64,000 nucleotides of DNA from Candidatus Aenigmatarchaeota archaeon. Lineage in GTDB: Archaea; Aenigmatarchaeota; Aenigmatarchaeia; Aenigmatarchaeales; JAHLMR01. Location of the stretch: positions 1,058-65,057 of the forward strand of contig JAHLMR010000001.1 in the NCBI GenBank assembly GCA_018920255.1, written 5' to 3'. The position numbers and the translations under genes were made by a program. Shown here piece by piece: positions 9,497 to 19,463 of this stretch. Under the pieces are notes generated by a model, which searched no databases, had not been told where the DNA came from, and saw only the letters and a program-made list of their open reading frames with translations. Positions within the stretch are counted from its first letter, which is position 1, and every line of letters begins with the position of its first letter.

Positions 9497-10702
9497 ATGA
9501 TAAAAAGAGCAGAAAAAGAATTTGAAAAGATTTCCCCAAAAGAATTAATAGAATTAGAGTTTAGAGATGATAATTCAATAAAAATACCAACTAATAAGTA
9601 TGGCAAAGTTTTAGATAATTATATTAGTCGTGTATCTACTGTCTTTAATGGGCATGATTTTAATACAATATTACTTGGTGATCCAGGTTCAGGAAAAACA
9701 TATTTTGTTCTTGGATTAACTAAATACTTTAACAGTGAATATTTTAAACAACCTCGCAATCCTGAAAATACAGTTAAATTTTATTATATTGATAAAAAGG
9801 AGGATTTTTCTTCTAGAGAAATGAATATAAAAGGATTTCCAATAGGTGTTGGTATAATAGATGATTTTGATTATAGATTTCATTTGGATTATTGTAAAGG
9901 AAAAGATTGTTCAAAACTTGCTAGCAATCTTATAGATTTATATAATAAATTAAAGGAAGAAGAGCGCAATGTAATAATTATATCAAATGAAGAAATTACT
10001 TCTTTAGCTAAAAGATTTATTACTGATGAAGAAATTAAAAAATCATTTATACAAACATTTGATAATTTTTTAGTGGCAGAAGAATTAAGTTATAATATAG
10101 TAGATGAAATATTATTAAAAAAACAATTACCAGAAAATATACCTTCAAAAGCTAGCGTCACAAGATTTGGTAATTTAACTTGTTCATCTTCAAACCCTAT
10201 ACGTTTATGGAATAATTTAAAAGAAAAAATTGGTAATATAAGTGATGAAATTCCTTTAATTTTTCCAGAAGTTAAGAGTAAAGATTTTAATAAAATTTAT
10301 TCTTCTCCTAAAGTTATAAAAGTTTTTATCGGATCACATCATATTTATTTAGATATGGATGACTATAGAATTGATGTATTTAGATTTAATTTCTTAACAC
10401 CAAGAATTTTATCTTCAGTTAAAGAAGAATTAGGCGGGGAGATAAGTTTAGGAAGCTTATCAAATTACTTTAAAATAAAAATAAACCCCAGAATTATAAC
10501 AAATAAAATTTGTTCGGAACCTTTTAGTATCTATAATTTTAAGTATGGAGAAACTATTAAAAATTTATTAGAAAAATTTTATGTAAATAATTGTATGAAA
10601 GAAGATAATTTTTCAAATTTTATTAAAAATGCTTCAAAAACAGAGACAGATGAAGATTTTAAAAATTTATATAGGAAATATGAATTAAAATTACAGGCAT
10701 AG
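9497..10702 (+). CDS. P-loop NTPase of unknown function
   Basis: The Walker A motif LLGDPGSGKTYFVLGL is present, followed by a hhhhD-type Walker B candidate (VIIISNEE). No other recognisable domain. Confidence 0.4.
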   Translation: MIKRAEKEFEKISPKELIELEFRDDNSIKIPTNKYGKVLDNYISRVSTVFNGHDFNTILLGDPGSGKTYFVLGLTKYFNSEYFKQPRNPENTVKFYYIDKKEDFSSREMNIKGFPIGVGIIDDFDYRFHLDYCKGKDCSKLASNLIDLYNKLKEEERNVIIISNEEITSLAKRFITDEEIKKSFIQTFDNFLVAEELSYNIVDEILLKKQLPENIPSKASVTRFGNLTCSSSNPIRLWNNLKEKIGNISDEIPLIFPEVKSKDFNKIYSSPKVIKVFIGSHHIYLDMDDYRIDVFRFNFLTPRILSSVKEELGGEISLGSLSNYFKIKINPRIITNKICSEPFSIYNFKYGETIKNLLEKFYVNNCMKEDNFSNFIKNASKTETDEDFKNLYRKYELKLQA

Positions 10703-10745
10703 TTTTTCAGAAATCTTTATTAAGTTTAAAACTTTTAAATTTTAT

Positions 10746-11066
10746 ATGTTTAATATATCAACTCGCCAGATGGAAAAAATGATGGCACAATTAGGAATAA
10801 AGTCTGAAAATATAGATGCTAAAAGAGTAATAATAGAAAGAGATGAAGGAAACATAATAATAGAAAACCCACAAATAACAAAAATGGTAATTCAAGGAAA
10901 TGAGACGTTTCAAATTGTCGGAGAAAGTAAAATAGAAAAAATAAAATTTTCTGAAGATGATATAAAACTTGTTATGGAACAAACAGGAGCATCAAGAGAA
11001 GTTGTGGAAAAAACACTAAATGAAACAAATGATATTGCAGAAGCTATTTTAAAGCTGAAAAAATGA
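10746..11066 (+). CDS. nac: Nascent polypeptide-associated complex protein (NAC alpha homologue)
   Basis: The NAC domain (ENIDAKRVIIERDEGNIIIENPQITKMVIQGNETFQIVG) is followed by a C-terminal UBA-like segment (EQTGASREVVEKTLNETNDIAEAILKL). Confidence 0.8.
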   Translation: MFNISTRQMEKMMAQLGIKSENIDAKRVIIERDEGNIIIENPQITKMVIQGNETFQIVGESKIEKIKFSEDDIKLVMEQTGASREVVEKTLNETNDIAEAILKLKK

Positions 11067-11126
11067 ATCTGAATAAATTACTACCAAAATATATATTCTC
11101 TTCTACAGAAAGATTTAAATAGACTA

Positions 11127-11690
11127 ATGTTGAAAAAATTATTTATGCCAACAGAAATAAGAGCAAGAGATATAATGGTTACGCGTGTTATAACTGCTAG
11201 ACCTAATCAGACTGTTTTAGAAGCAGCAAAATTAATGAGAGATGAAGATGTTGGATCAGTTATAGTATGTGAGGGTACTAGACCAATAGGTATAGCAACA
11301 CGCGAAGATATTGTATCAAAAGTTGTAGCTTTAGATAAAGATCCAAAGAAAGTTTTAATAAAAGATATTATGAATACACCTCTTGTAACATGTTCAGCTG
11401 ATGAAGATGTTATTAACATAGCAAGAACAATGTCAAAATATGGTTATGAAAGAATTCCTGTTGTAGATTTTGGAAAATTAGTAGGAATCGTATCTGTAAG
11501 AGAAATAGCAAAAGTTTCATCTGAAGCAGTAGAAATATTACGTGAAAGATTTTCAATAACAACAGAAGGTGCTATAGAAGAAATAAATTCAGGATATTGC
11601 GAATTATGTGGAAATTATAGTGAAATCTTACATTATGTAAATGATAGATGGGTTTGTGATAACTGTAAAGATGAAGCAGAAGAAATATAA
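11127..11690 (+). CDS. CBS-domain protein with C-terminal zinc ribbon
   Basis: Two CBS motifs (IMVTRVITARP...; IMNTPLVTCSADEDV...RIPVVD) are followed by CELCG...CDNC. Confidence 0.7.
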   Translation: MLKKLFMPTEIRARDIMVTRVITARPNQTVLEAAKLMRDEDVGSVIVCEGTRPIGIATREDIVSKVVALDKDPKKVLIKDIMNTPLVTCSADEDVINIARTMSKYGYERIPVVDFGKLVGIVSVREIAKVSSEAVEILRERFSITTEGAIEEINSGYCELCGNYSEILHYVNDRWVCDNCKDEAEEI

Positions 11691-11728
11691 CCATTACTCT
11701 TAATTCTCTTATTTCTGTTGGCAAATAA

Positions 11729-13021
11729 ATGATTAAAGGTGATTATTATATGGCAAAATTAGCACAAGCTACTATAAAATATAATATTTATGCAAAATTT
11801 GAAGCAGAAGGTATGGTTGAAAAACCAGATGTAATAGGTGCATTATTCGGTCAAACAGAAGGACTATTAGGTCCAGAAATGGATTTAAGAGAACTTCAAA
11901 AATCTGGAAGAATTGGAAGAATAGAAGCAATAATTGAAGTACATAATGGAAAAGCTAGCGGAACAATTATAATACCATCATCTTTAGATTCAACAGAAAC
12001 AGCGCTTATTGCTGCATGTATAGAAACAATAGAAAGAGTAGGGCCATGTAATGCTAAAATAAAAATTGAAAAAATAGAAGACGTAAGAAACATAAAAAGA
12101 AAATATATTATTGATAGAGCAAAAGATCTTTTAAATAAAATATATGAAGAAGGAATTTCTGATATACAAGAGCTTTCTGAGCAATTAAAGGAGTCTGTAA
12201 GAATTTCAGAAATTACAACATGGAATGGATTACCTTCAGGCCCAAACATAGAAAGTTTTGATGAAATAATAGTTGTTGAAGGAAGAGCAGATGTATTAAA
12301 TCTCTTAAGAGCAGGTATAAAAAATGTTGTAGCAATAGAAGGAACATCTATACCAGAAGCTATTATAAAATTATCACAAGAAAAGACAATAACAGTGTTT
12401 TTAGATGGAGATAGAGGCGGAGATTTAATTTTAAAAGAAATTATGTCTGTTGCTGATATTGATTTTGTGGCAAGAGCACCAAGAGGAAAGGAAGTAGAGG
12501 AGTTAACTAAAAAAGAAATATACAAGTCATTAAGAGATAAAATTTCTGCAAGTCAAATAAAAATAGATTATAAAGTACAAAAAGAAGATAAAAAAATAAT
12601 TCAAGAAAAACCAAAAGTAACAGTTTCTACGGTTACAACAAGAAAAACAGAAGAAGAACAAATACCAATTAATATTTTAGAAACAGCAATAGAATCAGCT
12701 AAAAAAATAGAAAGAGATATAAAAAAACATGAGGAAGATATACATCTTAAAAAATTTAAAGAAATATTAGAAAGCTTAATAGGAACTAGAGCAGCATGTT
12801 TCATTAATGCAAATGGAGATGTTTTAGGAAAAGTTCCGGTTAGAGAAATTTTTGATGCAATAAAAGAAATTGAAGCAAGTGGAATAATATTTGATGGAGA
12901 AATTGATCAAAAACTTTTAAGTATAGCAGAAAAGAAGGGAATAAAATATTTAATTGGAATGAAATCAAAAAAATTAAGACCATCTTCAAAGGTTAAAATA
13001 TTAACTATAAATGATTTATAA
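11729..13021 (+). CDS. dnaG: Archaeal DnaG-type primase (Toprim domain)
   Basis: Conserved archaeal DnaG N-terminus (AKFEAEGMVEKPDVIGALFGQTEGLLG) and Toprim core (IIVVEGRADVLNLLRAGIKNVVAIEGT...VFLDGDRGGD). Confidence 0.85.
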   Translation: MIKGDYYMAKLAQATIKYNIYAKFEAEGMVEKPDVIGALFGQTEGLLGPEMDLRELQKSGRIGRIEAIIEVHNGKASGTIIIPSSLDSTETALIAACIETIERVGPCNAKIKIEKIEDVRNIKRKYIIDRAKDLLNKIYEEGISDIQELSEQLKESVRISEITTWNGLPSGPNIESFDEIIVVEGRADVLNLLRAGIKNVVAIEGTSIPEAIIKLSQEKTITVFLDGDRGGDLILKEIMSVADIDFVARAPRGKEVEELTKKEIYKSLRDKISASQIKIDYKVQKEDKKIIQEKPKVTVSTVTTRKTEEEQIPINILETAIESAKKIERDIKKHEEDIHLKKFKEILESLIGTRAACFINANGDVLGKVPVREIFDAIKEIEASGIIFDGEIDQKLLSIAEKKGIKYLIGMKSKKLRPSSKVKILTINDL

Positions 13022-13044
13022 ATTAAACAAATAATTTATTTTTT

Positions 13045-14040
13045 ATGTTATTATATGAAAAAATTTTAAATAAAATTAGAAATAAATTTCAAAATAAAAA
13101 TATAATTATTACAAATTCAAAAAATATACAGTGGCTATCAGGAAAAGTAGATAATTTTGGTATAATTGTAATTACAAAAGATAATCAATATGTTTTTACA
13201 ACCGAAGGTTTTGCTCCAAGGTTTAATAATAAAATTTATGAAATAATAACGTTTGAAAAATTAAATTCTGAAAAAATAAAAGAAAAACCTCTTAAAATGA
13301 TATTAAATTATCTTAAAATAAAGAATGTTGTGTCAGATATTAAATATAAAAATATAAAGAATGTTTCACAAGAAATTTTAAAATTAAGATCTATAAAGTT
13401 TAAAGAAGAAATAAAATTATTAAAGAAAGCAAGGGAGATAACAGAAAAATCAATTAATTATGTAATAAAAAATATTTATGAAGGAATAAAAGAAATAGAA
13501 ATAGCAGGCTTACTTGAAATGAAAATGAGAAAATTGGGTGCAGAATGTTTTTCATTTAATACTATTGTTGCATCAGGAAAAAACTCCTTTTTAACTCATA
13601 CAACACCAACTAATAAAAAATTAAATAAAAATGATATAATTCTAATAGATGCTGGTGCAGTGTATTCTGGATATTCTGCAGATATAACAAGAACAATATG
13701 TTTCGGTGAAAATAAAGAATTTGAAAGAATAAATCAAACACTTCAAGAAATAAATAAAAATATTTTAGAAAAAATAAAAGTTGGAGTTAAAATAAAATAT
13801 ATCGATAATTTTTATAAAAACTCATTGTTAAAATTAAATTTTAAATATCTTCATGGAGTTTGTCACGGAATTGGTGTTGATGTTCATGAACATCCAAGTA
13901 TTTTTTCAAACGATAAATTTGAAGAGGGAAATGTTTTTACTATAGAACCAGGAATTTATATTCAAAATAAATTCGGAGTAAGATTTGAAGATATGTATTA
14001 TATAAATAAAAGAGGTGAATGTACATGCTTAAACAAATAG
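13045..14040 (+). CDS. M24-family Xaa-Pro aminopeptidase/prolidase
   Basis: Pita-bread fold motifs: DAGAVYSGYSADITRT, HGVCHGIGVDVHEHP, FTIEPGIY, VRFEDM. Confidence 0.75.
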   Translation: MLLYEKILNKIRNKFQNKNIIITNSKNIQWLSGKVDNFGIIVITKDNQYVFTTEGFAPRFNNKIYEIITFEKLNSEKIKEKPLKMILNYLKIKNVVSDIKYKNIKNVSQEILKLRSIKFKEEIKLLKKAREITEKSINYVIKNIYEGIKEIEIAGLLEMKMRKLGAECFSFNTIVASGKNSFLTHTTPTNKKLNKNDIILIDAGAVYSGYSADITRTICFGENKEFERINQTLQEINKNILEKIKVGVKIKYIDNFYKNSLLKLNFKYLHGVCHGIGVDVHEHPSIFSNDKFEEGNVFTIEPGIYIQNKFGVRFEDMYYINKRGECTCLNK

Positions 14041-15317
14041 CAAAAGAATTTGTTAAAAGTTTTCCATGCGGAAGAAAGGAAAATAAAAAAATAGAATATT
14101 TTAAGAAAAAGTATGGTAAAAATTTTGAAGAAATTTTAGAAATGAAAACTTTTTTTGAAAGTAATTTAAATCAGGAACAAAGAAAAATTCTATCAGAATT
14201 AATGAAACCTATAAATGGTCCAATTGTTTATAAAAAAGATAATAAATATTATGTAAATGATAAAATTGGAGAATGTTTAAGAATTGTTTATTCTGATTTT
14301 GAAGAACCAAGAAATTTAGCTTTATTAATAGCAGAAGAATACTGGAAAAGAGGAGTACACGTTTCTTTAATACCAACCCTATCATCTATTTCAAGAAAAC
14401 ATTTACAGGTTATTCCAGAATATACAGCTGCAGAACTTCCAGAGCCATCAAAAATCTTTGCAGAAAAATTTGATGCAAGAATTTTTATAGGTGGAGATGA
14501 AGATGATAACTGGATAAGAGGTTTAGAAAGTAAACAATTACTATCTGCTCCATCAACACAATATTTAAGACAAATTATGGATAAAAGAAAAGTCAGATGG
14601 TGTGTCTTTGGTTGGCCGATAAAAAAGAAAAAATATTATGTTAAACCAGAATTTTATAGAAAAGTATTTATAGAATCAATAAAAAGTACTTTTTCGAAAG
14701 AGGTAAAAGAATATTGTAATTATTATAAAAAAGCACTTGAAGGTTGTAGTGAAATTAAAATTACTGCAAATGATGGAACAGAATTAACCTTTAACATAAA
14801 AAATAGACCAATTTTAGTTGCAGACGGAATAATCGATGAGAATGATATGAAAAATGGGGATGTTGGTTTAAATATTCCTGATGGAGAAGTATTTTTAGCA
14901 CCTCATGAATATTCTGCTAACGGAAAAATAAAATTTGATTTTGTTGCAACACATGGATTTGGTCTTATTAAAAATCTTTGGATAGAATTTAAAGATGGAA
15001 AAGTTATTAATTTTAAGGCAGATGGATCAGGAACAAAAAGATTTAAAAAATTTTTAGACTCTAACACAGGAGATAAAGATAGAATAGCAGAGTTTGGAAT
15101 TGGAACAAACCCATCAGCAAAATTTATAGGTGAAACTATTGTTGATGAAAAAATTTTAGGAAGTATTCATATTGCAATAGGAAGTAATCAAGGAGCATAT
15201 CATGGAAAAAATGTTGCATCAAGCCATTTAGATATGATAAAAATTATGAAAGGAAAACAAGGAAATTGTTGGGCAGATGGAAAATTAATTATGAAAGATG
15301 GTATGCCAAATTTATAG
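14019..15317 (+). CDS. Aminopeptidase, M29 (AmpS/PepS)-like
   Basis: C-terminal block EFGIGTNP...GSIHIAIGSNQGAYHGKNVASSHLDMI resembles M29 aminopeptidase T. It overlaps the preceding M24 peptidase gene by about 20 nt. Confidence 0.5.
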   Translation: MYMLKQIAKEFVKSFPCGRKENKKIEYFKKKYGKNFEEILEMKTFFESNLNQEQRKILSELMKPINGPIVYKKDNKYYVNDKIGECLRIVYSDFEEPRNLALLIAEEYWKRGVHVSLIPTLSSISRKHLQVIPEYTAAELPEPSKIFAEKFDARIFIGGDEDDNWIRGLESKQLLSAPSTQYLRQIMDKRKVRWCVFGWPIKKKKYYVKPEFYRKVFIESIKSTFSKEVKEYCNYYKKALEGCSEIKITANDGTELTFNIKNRPILVADGIIDENDMKNGDVGLNIPDGEVFLAPHEYSANGKIKFDFVATHGFGLIKNLWIEFKDGKVINFKADGSGTKRFKKFLDSNTGDKDRIAEFGIGTNPSAKFIGETIVDEKILGSIHIAIGSNQGAYHGKNVASSHLDMIKIMKGKQGNCWADGKLIMKDGMPNL

Positions 15318-16619
15318 TTTTTCTAAATATTCCTTTAAATCATTTGTTGCTATTTTAAGCGATAAAGGATTCTTTTCATTTTTTATTTTCTCATATGTTT
15401 CTTTTTTAAGACAATTTTCAATTTTTATATTTAATTTAGATTCAACATTTTTTATTGCTTGATAAGTTTCTGAATCATATTTAAAATAACAAATTATTTT
15501 TTCATAATTTTCAATATGAGCTTTTAAAAATTTCAATATTCTTTCTGTTGTAACTTTTATATAAAGCTCTTTTATTTCTTTTGTTTCTTCCCATTCAGGC
15601 CAATCATAACTATTAAATGGATAATAGTTTACAAATTCATAAGGAATAACCCCAGGACTACTAATAACTACTAAATGTATTTTTTCATAATTTTTTAAGC
15701 TTTTTATAGAAGATTTTATTGCATTATGAAGTTTAGAAAGATAGTATGGTTTTTTGTATGAACAAGGAATAAATAAAAGAATAGTTTTATCTTTAGGAGG
15801 TTTATAAAACCTTTGAAAATAATCTTGCCAAACTTCATAATATGGATGTATTAATTGTTCTTTTCCAGCACCAATTATTTTTATCATTTTTTCTTTATGA
15901 AACTTGGGTATAAATGAAAAGTTATTAAACTCTTTTTCACATTCTGGATAATCTTTAACAATTTCATTAAACTGCTTTTCATCAAGTGGCTTCCATTTCC
16001 CAGAAATAAATAAATCAAAAATAGGAGCGTTTGAATGAGGAAATGTATTAATTAATACGATTGTGTCAGAATATTTTTTTGCAAACTCAACAGATTTTTT
16101 AACCTCTTCTTTTAAATCTTTAACAAAAGGAAGTCCAACCATAAGATAAGTACGTACTTTAAAGCCATTTTTTCTAATTATTTCTGAAGCTTTAATAAAA
16201 TCTTCTACAGTAAACCCCTTTTTATATAATTTTAAAATTTCGTTGTTTGCTATTTCAAGCCCAATTGCAACAGATAAATCTAAACCCTTAAAATCAGATA
16301 AATTCTCATCATTAATAAATTCTGGTCTAGATTCAATTATTAATTTTTTAATATTATTAGATATACATTTTTTAACAAAATATTGTCTAATTACCTTCGG
16401 AAATTGCTTATCATCTAAAAAACTTCCGGAGGTAAAAAGTTTTATTTCTTCTATTTTTTCCTTTACATTTTCTTTTTCAATATCTCTAAAAATATTATCT
16501 ATCTTTTCTTTTAATTTTCTAATACTTGGTTTTGGCCCTATTATTCTTCCCCATCCACATCCAAAACATTCTCCCCAAGCACATTTTCCAGAGGTTAGTA
16601 TAATTGTTTTTGATTTCAT
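15312..16619 (-). CDS. Radical-SAM-like domain fused to an ArcS-type catalytic domain (archaeosine synthesis)
   Basis: Start trimmed to the MKSKTIIL Met (CAT at 16617-16619), because the longer ORF overlaps tgtA. The N-terminal Cys cluster is GKCAWGECFGCGWG (CX4CX2C). A radical-SAM barrel-like segment follows (IIESRPEF..., VAIGLEIANNEIL...YLMVGLPF). The C-terminal half carries IPCSYKKPYYLSKLH, matching the ArcS signature PCX3KPYX2SX2H. Confidence 0.6.
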   Translation of the reverse strand: MKSKTIILTSGKCAWGECFGCGWGRIIGPKPSIRKLKEKIDNIFRDIEKENVKEKIEEIKLFTSGSFLDDKQFPKVIRQYFVKKCISNNIKKLIIESRPEFINDENLSDFKGLDLSVAIGLEIANNEILKLYKKGFTVEDFIKASEIIRKNGFKVRTYLMVGLPFVKDLKEEVKKSVEFAKKYSDTIVLINTFPHSNAPIFDLFISGKWKPLDEKQFNEIVKDYPECEKEFNNFSFIPKFHKEKMIKIIGAGKEQLIHPYYEVWQDYFQRFYKPPKDKTILLFIPCSYKKPYYLSKLHNAIKSSIKSLKNYEKIHLVVISSPGVIPYEFVNYYPFNSYDWPEWEETKEIKELYIKVTTERILKFLKAHIENYEKIICYFKYDSETYQAIKNVESKLNIKIENCLKKETYEKIKNEKNPLSLKIATNDLKEYLEKL

Positions 16620-16671
16620 ATTTTTTAATTTAAAATTAAAATATTTAAAAACTGAATATGAAATTATTTTT

Positions 16672-18399
16672 ATGAATTTTGAGATAATAGATAGAGATGC
16701 TGCAGGTAGAATAACAAAATTAGAAAATAATGGTAAAAAATTAATTCTTCCAGATGTTGCAATAGTTATAGATCCAAATAAAAACCTAATAGCACCAAAA
16801 GAACTATCTTCTAATTTCAAAACAAAACTAATAATTACAAATTCATATTTAATAAAGAAACATAATATTGATGTTAAAATAAATGAGTCTGGGGGTTTGC
16901 ATAATTTCTTTAATTTTAATGATTTTATAATGACTGATAGTGGCGCATATCAAACAATGTTTGGCGGGAAAATAAAAACATCAAATAAAGAGATTATTAA
17001 TTTACAAAAAATTCTTAAGCCAGATATTGCTGTTTTTTTAGATGTTCCTAGTGCAGATTTAGAATTTAAGGAAGCTAAAAAAACTGTTAAAGAAACATTA
17101 AAAAGAGCTAAAGAATGCAAAGAATTAGTTATAAAGGATATTGAACTGCAAAAAATTCTTTGGGCCGGACCAATTCAAGGAGGAAGTCATTTAAACCTTC
17201 TTAAAAAATCTGCAACTGAAATGAATAAGCTTGATTTTGATATTTATCCTGTTGGTTCTATTGTTCCAAAGCTTATAAGATATGATTTTTTAACTGTTGC
17301 AGAAATGATATTAACATGTAAACAGAATATTGATTTAAATAAACCTATTCATGCATTTGGATTAGGTCTGCCACAAGCATTATCTTTTTTTACTGCTTTA
17401 GGTGTAGATATGTTTGATTGCGCGGCATATGCACTTTTTGCATATGATGATAGGTATATGTCTTTAGAAGGTACACACTATTTAAGAGATTTGAAAGAAT
17501 TTCCTTGTAACTGTCCTTTATGCTCAAAATCAGAACCAAAGGATATTTTAGAAATGGAAAAGTCTGAAAGAGAAAAATGGCTTGCAAAACATAATTTATA
17601 TGTAACATACGGAGAATTAAAAACAATAAGAACGGCAATTAGAGAAAATTGGCTTTGGGAATTAGTACAACAGCGTGCACGTGCACATCCAAATCTTCTT
17701 TTTGCTTTATATCATATTTTGAAAAAATATTCTAAATGGCTTATGTGTTTTGAACCAATAACAAAAAAATCAGCAATTATGTGGTCTGGTGAAGAAACTG
17801 CTTATAGACCGGAAATTTTAAGAGCGATTAAAATATTAAGAAAAATAAAATCTTCTAAAAAAATAAACATATCACCATTTGGAAAAGTTCCAGCAGGACT
17901 TTATGGAGTTTACCCGTTTTATCAAAGTATTTTTCCGTACAATAAAAAAATAAGAAAAATAAACCCAAAAACAGTTATAAAAGATACTCTTAATTTTCAA
18001 TTTAAATCTGGAGCAGGTAGCATAATTAAAAATTTTAAAATAGAATTTTCAAAAAATACAGGAAAAATAAGAAGAATATATGATAAAAATAATAACCTTT
18101 TAGGAACTATAAGAGCATATGATGGTTTATTTTTACCGACAAAAGAAGGAGTAAAATTATTAAAAAATTATATGAAAAAAGTAATTGTAGAAGATGATGA
18201 TGCAATAAAATTTATAAAACAAGGAAAATCTATTTTTGTGAAATTTATAAAACCAAAAGATGAAATATATCCAGGAGAAGAAGTTTTAGTAATTGATAAA
18301 AAAAATAATATTATAGCAGAAGGTAAAGCACTTTTAAATACTATAGAAATGAATCAATTTAAAAGAGGTGTCGCTATAATTACAAGATTAATATTCTAA
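16672..18399 (+). CDS. tgtA: Archaeosine tRNA-guanine transglycosylase with C-terminal PUA domain
   Basis: Start set at MNFEIIDRD (ATG 16672), because the upstream part of the listed ORF overlaps the divergent gene. Contains the TGT catalytic region (IMTDSGAYQ..., zinc site CNCPLCS) and a C-terminal PUA-like segment (GEEVLVIDKKNNIIAEGKAL). Confidence 0.8.
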   Translation: MNFEIIDRDAAGRITKLENNGKKLILPDVAIVIDPNKNLIAPKELSSNFKTKLIITNSYLIKKHNIDVKINESGGLHNFFNFNDFIMTDSGAYQTMFGGKIKTSNKEIINLQKILKPDIAVFLDVPSADLEFKEAKKTVKETLKRAKECKELVIKDIELQKILWAGPIQGGSHLNLLKKSATEMNKLDFDIYPVGSIVPKLIRYDFLTVAEMILTCKQNIDLNKPIHAFGLGLPQALSFFTALGVDMFDCAAYALFAYDDRYMSLEGTHYLRDLKEFPCNCPLCSKSEPKDILEMEKSEREKWLAKHNLYVTYGELKTIRTAIRENWLWELVQQRARAHPNLLFALYHILKKYSKWLMCFEPITKKSAIMWSGEETAYRPEILRAIKILRKIKSSKKINISPFGKVPAGLYGVYPFYQSIFPYNKKIRKINPKTVIKDTLNFQFKSGAGSIIKNFKIEFSKNTGKIRRIYDKNNNLLGTIRAYDGLFLPTKEGVKLLKNYMKKVIVEDDDAIKFIKQGKSIFVKFIKPKDEIYPGEEVLVIDKKNNIIAEGKALLNTIEMNQFKRGVAIITRLIF

Positions 18400-18506
18400 T
18401 TTTGTGAGAGTATTTAAAAATTTAAGAGTTTTGGCTTATATTTTATATTTTTTAATGAATTGAAATTTTAAAAATCTTTAAATAGAACAATGTTCAAAAA
18501 AATATT

Positions 18507-18809
18507 ATGAAGAGAGGAAGACCTTTAGGTCCAGACATTAAAAAAATACAATTAATTTTAGATGTTTTATATCAATACCCTTCTGGGGTATGGTTAAGAC
18601 AAATTTCTAAAATTTCAAAACTTCCAGTATCTACAGTGCATTTTTATCTTTCTCATTATTTTGAACCTTTTATAGAAAATATAGGATTTAAAACCGAATC
18701 AGGAAGATATTTAGGATTTAGATTAATAAAATTAAAAAGAATGGTAAACGCGGCAGATATTTTTGCATATATAAATTTAAAAAGAAGTATAAAAAGTATA
18801 ACATCATAA
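18507..18809 (+). CDS. Small winged-helix DNA-binding protein (hypothetical)
   Basis: 100-aa basic protein with an HTH-like segment (GVWLRQISKISKLPVSTVHFYLSHY). Confidence 0.35.
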   Translation: MKRGRPLGPDIKKIQLILDVLYQYPSGVWLRQISKISKLPVSTVHFYLSHYFEPFIENIGFKTESGRYLGFRLIKLKRMVNAADIFAYINLKRSIKSITS

Positions 18810-19346
18810 TAATTTTTTACTATAAATAATAGAATAAATAGGGCCTTTTTGTGTTAATTTTGAAGAAAACAACTTTATTTCGTTAATATTAATTATTTCA
18901 TTTATTTTAATATTTTTAGTGATTTTTAAAAAATTTTCTTTATTTTTAATATTTTTTACTCTTCCTAAAGTTATATGTGGTATGTAGTCTCTTTTTTCTT
19001 TTTCAAATCCATATTTATTAAGTTCAGTATCAAGTAATTCCATCATAGATTTAATGATCCAAGGATTTTCTAATTCAATAAAAACAACTCTTATAAAATT
19101 CTCATTTGGAAAAAAATTTAATTTATTTAAACGAATTTCAAATGATTTATAATTATTACAAACATTATCTATACTTTTTTTAATGTTTTCTATTTGATTT
19201 TCATCTACTTCACCTAAAAATTTAAGACATATATGTAAATTTTCTGGTTCAACTAATTTTATATCAGCATCTTTAAGTTTTTCTTGAATTTCTAATATTT
19301 TTTTCTTTATATTTTCAGGAATATTTATTCCTATAAAAAGACGCAT
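18804..19346 (-). CDS. thpR: RNA 2',3'-cyclic phosphodiesterase (2H phosphoesterase, LigT/ThpR family)
   Basis: Two H-x-T/S-x motifs are present (HICLKF and HITLGR) in a ~180-aa protein. Start trimmed to MRLFIGINIP (CAT 19344-19346). Confidence 0.75.
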   Translation of the reverse strand: MRLFIGINIPENIKKKILEIQEKLKDADIKLVEPENLHICLKFLGEVDENQIENIKKSIDNVCNNYKSFEIRLNKLNFFPNENFIRVVFIELENPWIIKSMMELLDTELNKYGFEKEKRDYIPHITLGRVKNIKNKENFLKITKNIKINEIININEIKLFSSKLTQKGPIYSIIYSKKLL

Positions 19347-19463
19347 AAATATATATTTTAAATTATAAAATTTAAATATTTCTAATTTATATAACATAGA
19401 AATATTACATAGTTATATTTATAAATTTTATAGCATAAAAATTTAAAAAATTTATTAAAATTG

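Noticed and set aside
16243-16671. N-terminal 143 codons of the listed 718-aa ORF 16243..18399 (+)
   Set aside because: This part overlaps the ArcS-like gene on the opposite strand and contains no TGT-like sequence. The true tgtA start is the MNFEIIDRD Met at 16672.
16620-16820. N-terminal 67 codons of the listed 502-aa ORF 15312..16820 (-)
   Set aside because: It runs into the tgtA start region. The protein is trimmed to the MKSKTIIL Met at 16619, which leaves a 52-bp divergent intergenic region.
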